This document shows, one piece after another, positions 60,415 to 64,000 of a stretch of DNA of 64,000 bases; the first letter of the stretch is position 1; each line of letters starts with the position of its first letter. The DNA comes from an uncultured Acidobacteriota bacterium (GTDB lineage Bacteria > Acidobacteriota > Terriglobia > UBA7540), in the NCBI GenBank assembly GCA_963804995.1, contig CAWDSK010000001.1, positions 448,001 through 512,000 on the forward strand. Reading direction: 5' to 3'. The notes beneath the pieces were generated by a model that worked only from the letters and a program-made list of their open reading frames with translations, was not told the origin of the DNA and searched no databases. The position numbers were made by a program, and so were the translations under genes.

Positions 60415-61515
60415 ATGGCGCGCTCCTGCCCGACCGTGGCGCTGACGGCCGCGATGGCGGCAGCTTGTGCACTCCTTGCCTGGCTTGGGCGGGGATACCT
60501 CACTTCCGTCTCGGCCAATGGCGACAACGGAATCTATGCCTTCATTGCCGAGGCCATTCGGGCGGGGCGCCTTGCCGAAATGGGGACGGTGAAACTGTTT
60601 TGGGGACTGCCCTATGCAGTGGCGCTTGCCGGCCTCCTCCTGCACCTGGACACCTATCCGGCGATCGCGATCATCTCAGTTCTGTCCACGCTGGCAACGG
60701 CTGGCCTCGCGTCGGTCCTATGGTCCAGGCGGGTCGCTGCGCTCTTTGTGGTCACCAACTACACCTCCCTTCAATTTGGAGTCTTCGGTGGGGCTGAGAG
60801 TCTGTTTATGGCCCTGGTTTTTTCCTCCTTTTTGCTAGCGCGCCGGGGTTACTGGGGGTGGGCAGCCGTCGCCGCCGCCGCGGCAACCACGGTGCGGCCA
60901 CTGGGGTGTTTCGCGCTCCTGGCCTACGTGGGGTGCCTCGTCCACCAGCGACGTTACAAATCCGCCCTCACCGTTACCGCATGCGGATTGGTGGTGTTCA
61001 TTCTCTACGGCCTTCCCCTCTATTCTCAGCTTGGGGACGCTTTTGCGAATCTGCACGGTTACCAAGCGGCGGATTGGAACCACGGATGGCCCATCGGTCT
61101 TCCCTTCGTGGCAATTGTCGAGAACTTTAGAAACCGGCAGCATATCGCCGGTTCGGCCATGCTGGCCTCAAAATCCGCGTATGTCGCCGCGCACGTCCTC
61201 CTGCTGACGGGGGCTCTGGTAATACGGAAACGCCGGATGCGTATCTTCCAACGGCCGCAGGAGGGCTGGTTCGTTTGCCTCTACTCGGTCTTTCTGATTC
61301 TCTATAACGCTCCGGATTGGGCGCTCTCCATCTATCCGCGCCTGTTATTGCCAATTTCACCCATGCTGCTTGATGCTTACCGGTCCAAACTCCCCAAAAA
61401 CCGCGGCCTTCTCCTGGCTTTGGGGCTGCTTACCATTTTTTTTGCCTGGGGCGCGAATCTCAGATTTAATCCGGGGTTGATGCTTTCGGGATTTACCAAA
61501 CTCCTCAGCCCATAA
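60415..61515 (+). CDS. Polytopic membrane protein, GT-C/mannosyltransferase-like
   Basis: D..Y near N-term, AESLFMAL, TVRPLG, PRLLLP; start uncertain. Confidence 0.65.
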   Translation: MARSCPTVALTAAMAAACALLAWLGRGYLTSVSANGDNGIYAFIAEAIRAGRLAEMGTVKLFWGLPYAVALAGLLLHLDTYPAIAIISVLSTLATAGLASVLWSRRVAALFVVTNYTSLQFGVFGGAESLFMALVFSSFLLARRGYWGWAAVAAAAATTVRPLGCFALLAYVGCLVHQRRYKSALTVTACGLVVFILYGLPLYSQLGDAFANLHGYQAADWNHGWPIGLPFVAIVENFRNRQHIAGSAMLASKSAYVAAHVLLLTGALVIRKRRMRIFQRPQEGWFVCLYSVFLILYNAPDWALSIYPRLLLPISPMLLDAYRSKLPKNRGLLLALGLLTIFFAWGANLRFNPGLMLSGFTKLLSP

Positions 61516-61560
61516 CCGAGTCCGGATCCCAGCACGCAGAGGCAGATAACGACAGTCAGT

Positions 61561-61670
61561 ATTTTTACCGCGGAGGCGCTGAGGCGCAGAGAAAAGGACC
61601 TTTATTTTCATTCCTCTGCGCCTCAGTGTCTCTGCGGTAAGGAGGTTTTAGACGATTTTTTCACACCTTC
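61561..61670. repeat. Palindromic element copy 2
   Basis: ~110-bp near-identical direct repeat of 60137-60246. Confidence 0.8.
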
Positions 61671-61789
61671 CTCACGCCGTGGGCTACGCTCTTTCGTCCC
61701 GATGCATCGGGACTGACTTCATCTGCGAACTTTGGAGACACAACACTCGCGGTGGTTGGAGATTCAGGTTAAGAAAGTGGGAGGGGCGC

Positions 61790-62131
61790 TTATTCGCCAT
61801 GGCCCCCGTAGGTCATGAGCTGCTCTTTCTTGAATTCTTCCCACTGGGCGGGCTGGTACTGGTCCTTGGGGATGAAAACTTTGTGGAGAAAGGCGATACC
61901 TAGTTTGGCTTCGTCGATTTCCGCGTCCTTTTGGGGGAGGTAATCGAAAACGCTGCGGTTAGCGCCGTAATAGGCGCATAGCCACATACCTTCGGGGTTC
62001 TCCACGGCGTAGAGAGCACACACCAAAGGCAGGGGACGAGTCGCGTCCACGGAAACCTTCACCACCGAATCGATGATCTTGCCGGCGACTCGCGGGGCAG
62101 CCGCGGTCTGGGAAGCAGGTGTAGTGGCCAT
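61790..62131 (-). CDS. Hypothetical protein
   Basis: GAGGA RBS before ATG; coding-like composition. Confidence 0.7.
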   Translation of the reverse strand: MATTPASQTAAAPRVAGKIIDSVVKVSVDATRPLPLVCALYAVENPEGMWLCAYYGANRSVFDYLPQKDAEIDEAKLGIAFLHKVFIPKDQYQPAQWEEFKKEQLMTYGGHGE

Positions 62132-62226
62132 ATATCCTCACGCTCAGATTGCGGAGTCACGCCAAACCAGGATTCCGCTCCGTTCCCAGGAAACATACCT
62201 CGGGTTTTGGAAGCGCGTCAATAAGT

Positions 62227-62675
62227 AAGGAGCTAGGAGGGAGGAGGGAGGAGCTAGAAGTCAGGAGATAGGAGATGGGAAGCGGCTGCTATTCCAAGTG
62301 GCGCCCGGAACTTGTCCCGACGAGGGCGTGAGGGCGGCAGTATTGATTCAAAGACTCACGTATCGGTTGACGGAGCGAAGTGACCCCTCACCCGTCCCGC
62401 CCCGGCTGATGAAAACGCCGGCGGCGGTCCACCCTCTCCCCTCGGAGAGGGCTATGATTCGGACCTTAGACCTTACTTGGAAGAGATACGGGCTGGGGAG
62501 GCGTCCACGAATTGCCTGGATGACGCTCCGAGTATAGCGCTGGCATCCTGCCAGCATATGCCGCGATGGATCGAGGCGCTGCGCTGTCCCCCCAATTGCA
62601 ATACATTAAACTAGCTCGTAGCTTCTAGCTCCTAACTCCTAGCTCCTGACTTCTAGCTCCTAGCTCCTGACTCCT
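62227..62675. repeat. Inverted heptamer arrays (GGAGCTA)n ... (TAGCTCC)n enclosing a CCCTCACCC repeat (62377-62460)
   Basis: Period-7 arrays at 62227-62280 and 62611-62675. Confidence 0.8.
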
Positions 62676-63919
62676 CAGTTCTTCAGCTCCATCACTATCA
62701 TCTGGCCGTCGGTCTTCCAGGTGCCTCCGGTTGCGGTCTTTCCTTCTGAGAGCGGGTTGGGGCGCGTTACGAGTTGTTCGGCGGCCACCTGGCCGGTAGC
62801 CAGCATGTCAGCGCCGACCTTGGTGCGCTCCACATCGAGGTCGGATTCGATGGCGTGCGACACTACGCCCGGATGCACGTCCAGACCGATGTCGTGCGTC
62901 GCGGCGCCCAGCCAGATTTCCCGCCCCTCGGGGGTGGTGGCATCAGTGCGCCACAGCCTCAGGTGATGACGTTTCAGGAAGGTGTTCAGCATCTTTTCAA
63001 AGGCCAGGTCCTCCACGCGGCCGTAAAGGTAGAGTTGTGAGACGGGCGCTTCTCCGTAACCCTCTTCGCTCGACATGGCGCGCACCGTCCCAATCGCAGA
63101 TTTTGTGCCGAGTTTTTTGGCGGCACTCCAGCCGGCCAGCTTGAAGGCGTTAACGATCTGGTCAGACGATCCGACGAAAATCAGATTGAGGGGATCCCCA
63201 GGTTTCTTCGATTTTGACTCAACCCGCTGGGGCGCGTCAGCAAGCAGCTTCTGGATGGCTTCCGCCAGGCCCGGCGAGATTTGCCGCGCTGCCGCGGCCG
63301 GAAAGGTCGCAGCCAGAGTGAGGGGTTGATCCAGCGCCAGGGTCAGGTCAGCGCCGACGGGATAATCGATCGAGGTGGCCACCTCACCCAAGGTTTTACT
63401 CAACATCTTTTTCAGATCGGCTCCCGCCGCACCCAACTTGTCGAGGGTTGTATCCATCCGTCCGACGGGCACATCCTTGGCGAGGACGCCTTGGATCGTC
63501 CCATCTGCCAAAACTGTCTCGCGCGCGTTTTCCACGTTCGTGAGGTGGGAGAAGAGCGGGATAGCCTCGTGTCCGGGGATCACCAAGCGGTCAAAGCGAA
63601 TCAGCAGGCGGGCATGGTCGGAGGGGTCAGAAGCGGGAATCAGCTTCACAATGCTCCCCTGCACTTCCGCCCCGATCGGAATAAGCACCCCTTGGTCGCT
63701 TATGACTTCGCGAACCATGCGGGCGCTTACAGCCTGGGTGAGGTGCGATGTCTTGGTGCTCACCGCGGTCTCCAGCCGCAGGTAAACCCTCGTCCCGGCC
63801 GCCAGGGGGTAGCCGGAATCCTGGGCGGGGCAGCCGAGCCCTGGCACGGATCGAGTTCCTGTCAAGCCCGCGATTAGCACAACCAGGAAAGCGAGCGTTG
63901 AGAGACGGTTGGCCTGCAT
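62675..63919 (-). CDS. Secreted protein: N-terminal TrbI-like beta domain plus LssY C-terminal-like domain
   Basis: LAAGTRVYLRLETAVST..IPIGAEVQG; GDPLNLIFVG..AGW..PVSQLYLYGR..RHHLRLW..WLGAATHD. Confidence 0.75.
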   Translation of the reverse strand: MQANRLSTLAFLVVLIAGLTGTRSVPGLGCPAQDSGYPLAAGTRVYLRLETAVSTKTSHLTQAVSARMVREVISDQGVLIPIGAEVQGSIVKLIPASDPSDHARLLIRFDRLVIPGHEAIPLFSHLTNVENARETVLADGTIQGVLAKDVPVGRMDTTLDKLGAAGADLKKMLSKTLGEVATSIDYPVGADLTLALDQPLTLAATFPAAAARQISPGLAEAIQKLLADAPQRVESKSKKPGDPLNLIFVGSSDQIVNAFKLAGWSAAKKLGTKSAIGTVRAMSSEEGYGEAPVSQLYLYGRVEDLAFEKMLNTFLKRHHLRLWRTDATTPEGREIWLGAATHDIGLDVHPGVVSHAIESDLDVERTKVGADMLATGQVAAEQLVTRPNPLSEGKTATGGTWKTDGQMIVMELKN

Positions 63920-64000
63920 TCCGGAAAGGAACGTAGGGTAAGAAAAGACCTTGAAAGGAGAGGTCATACCTCGGTTTTTCACGGTCCACCTCAAAATAAT

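Overview
GC-rich bacterial chromosomal window. Gene content and protein styles point to Acidobacteriota (Terriglobia-like; inference). It opens with the tail of an accessory/defence island (two small hypotheticals, an EVE-like/NucS-type nuclease, and an AbiEi antitoxin whose AbiEii toxin is mostly deleted). Housekeeping blocks follow: coaE-folD; thrS-infC-rpmI-rplT-pheS-pheT-zapB-zapA-ymdB; hom; pheA; argR-argG-argH; tRNA-Gly, -Cys and -Leu. A complete ISKra4-family IS with an 8-bp target duplication and a nonsense codon in its transposase lies upstream of thrS. The most notable accessory elements are: (1) a 99-aa peptide with 15 regularly spaced lysines, co-transcribed with a CxxCxxCC/FliB-like Cys-cluster protein carrying a PqqD/RRE-like C-terminus (candidate new peptide-modification system); (2) a tetraether-synthase (Tes/GDGT-MAS)-like radical SAM enzyme; (3) an AmmeMemoRadiSam + DUF362 + membrane spermidine-synthase-like cluster whose soluble members all carry export signals; (4) a family of inverted 7-bp repeat arrays, one flanking a deleted four-helix-bundle gene and two translated in frame inside proteins; (5) nested REP/MITE elements. 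Ten frameshifts all shift in the same (+1) direction, which suggests assembly errors rather than pseudogenes. No CRISPR array or rRNA was seen. All family assignments are from motif recognition, not database searches.
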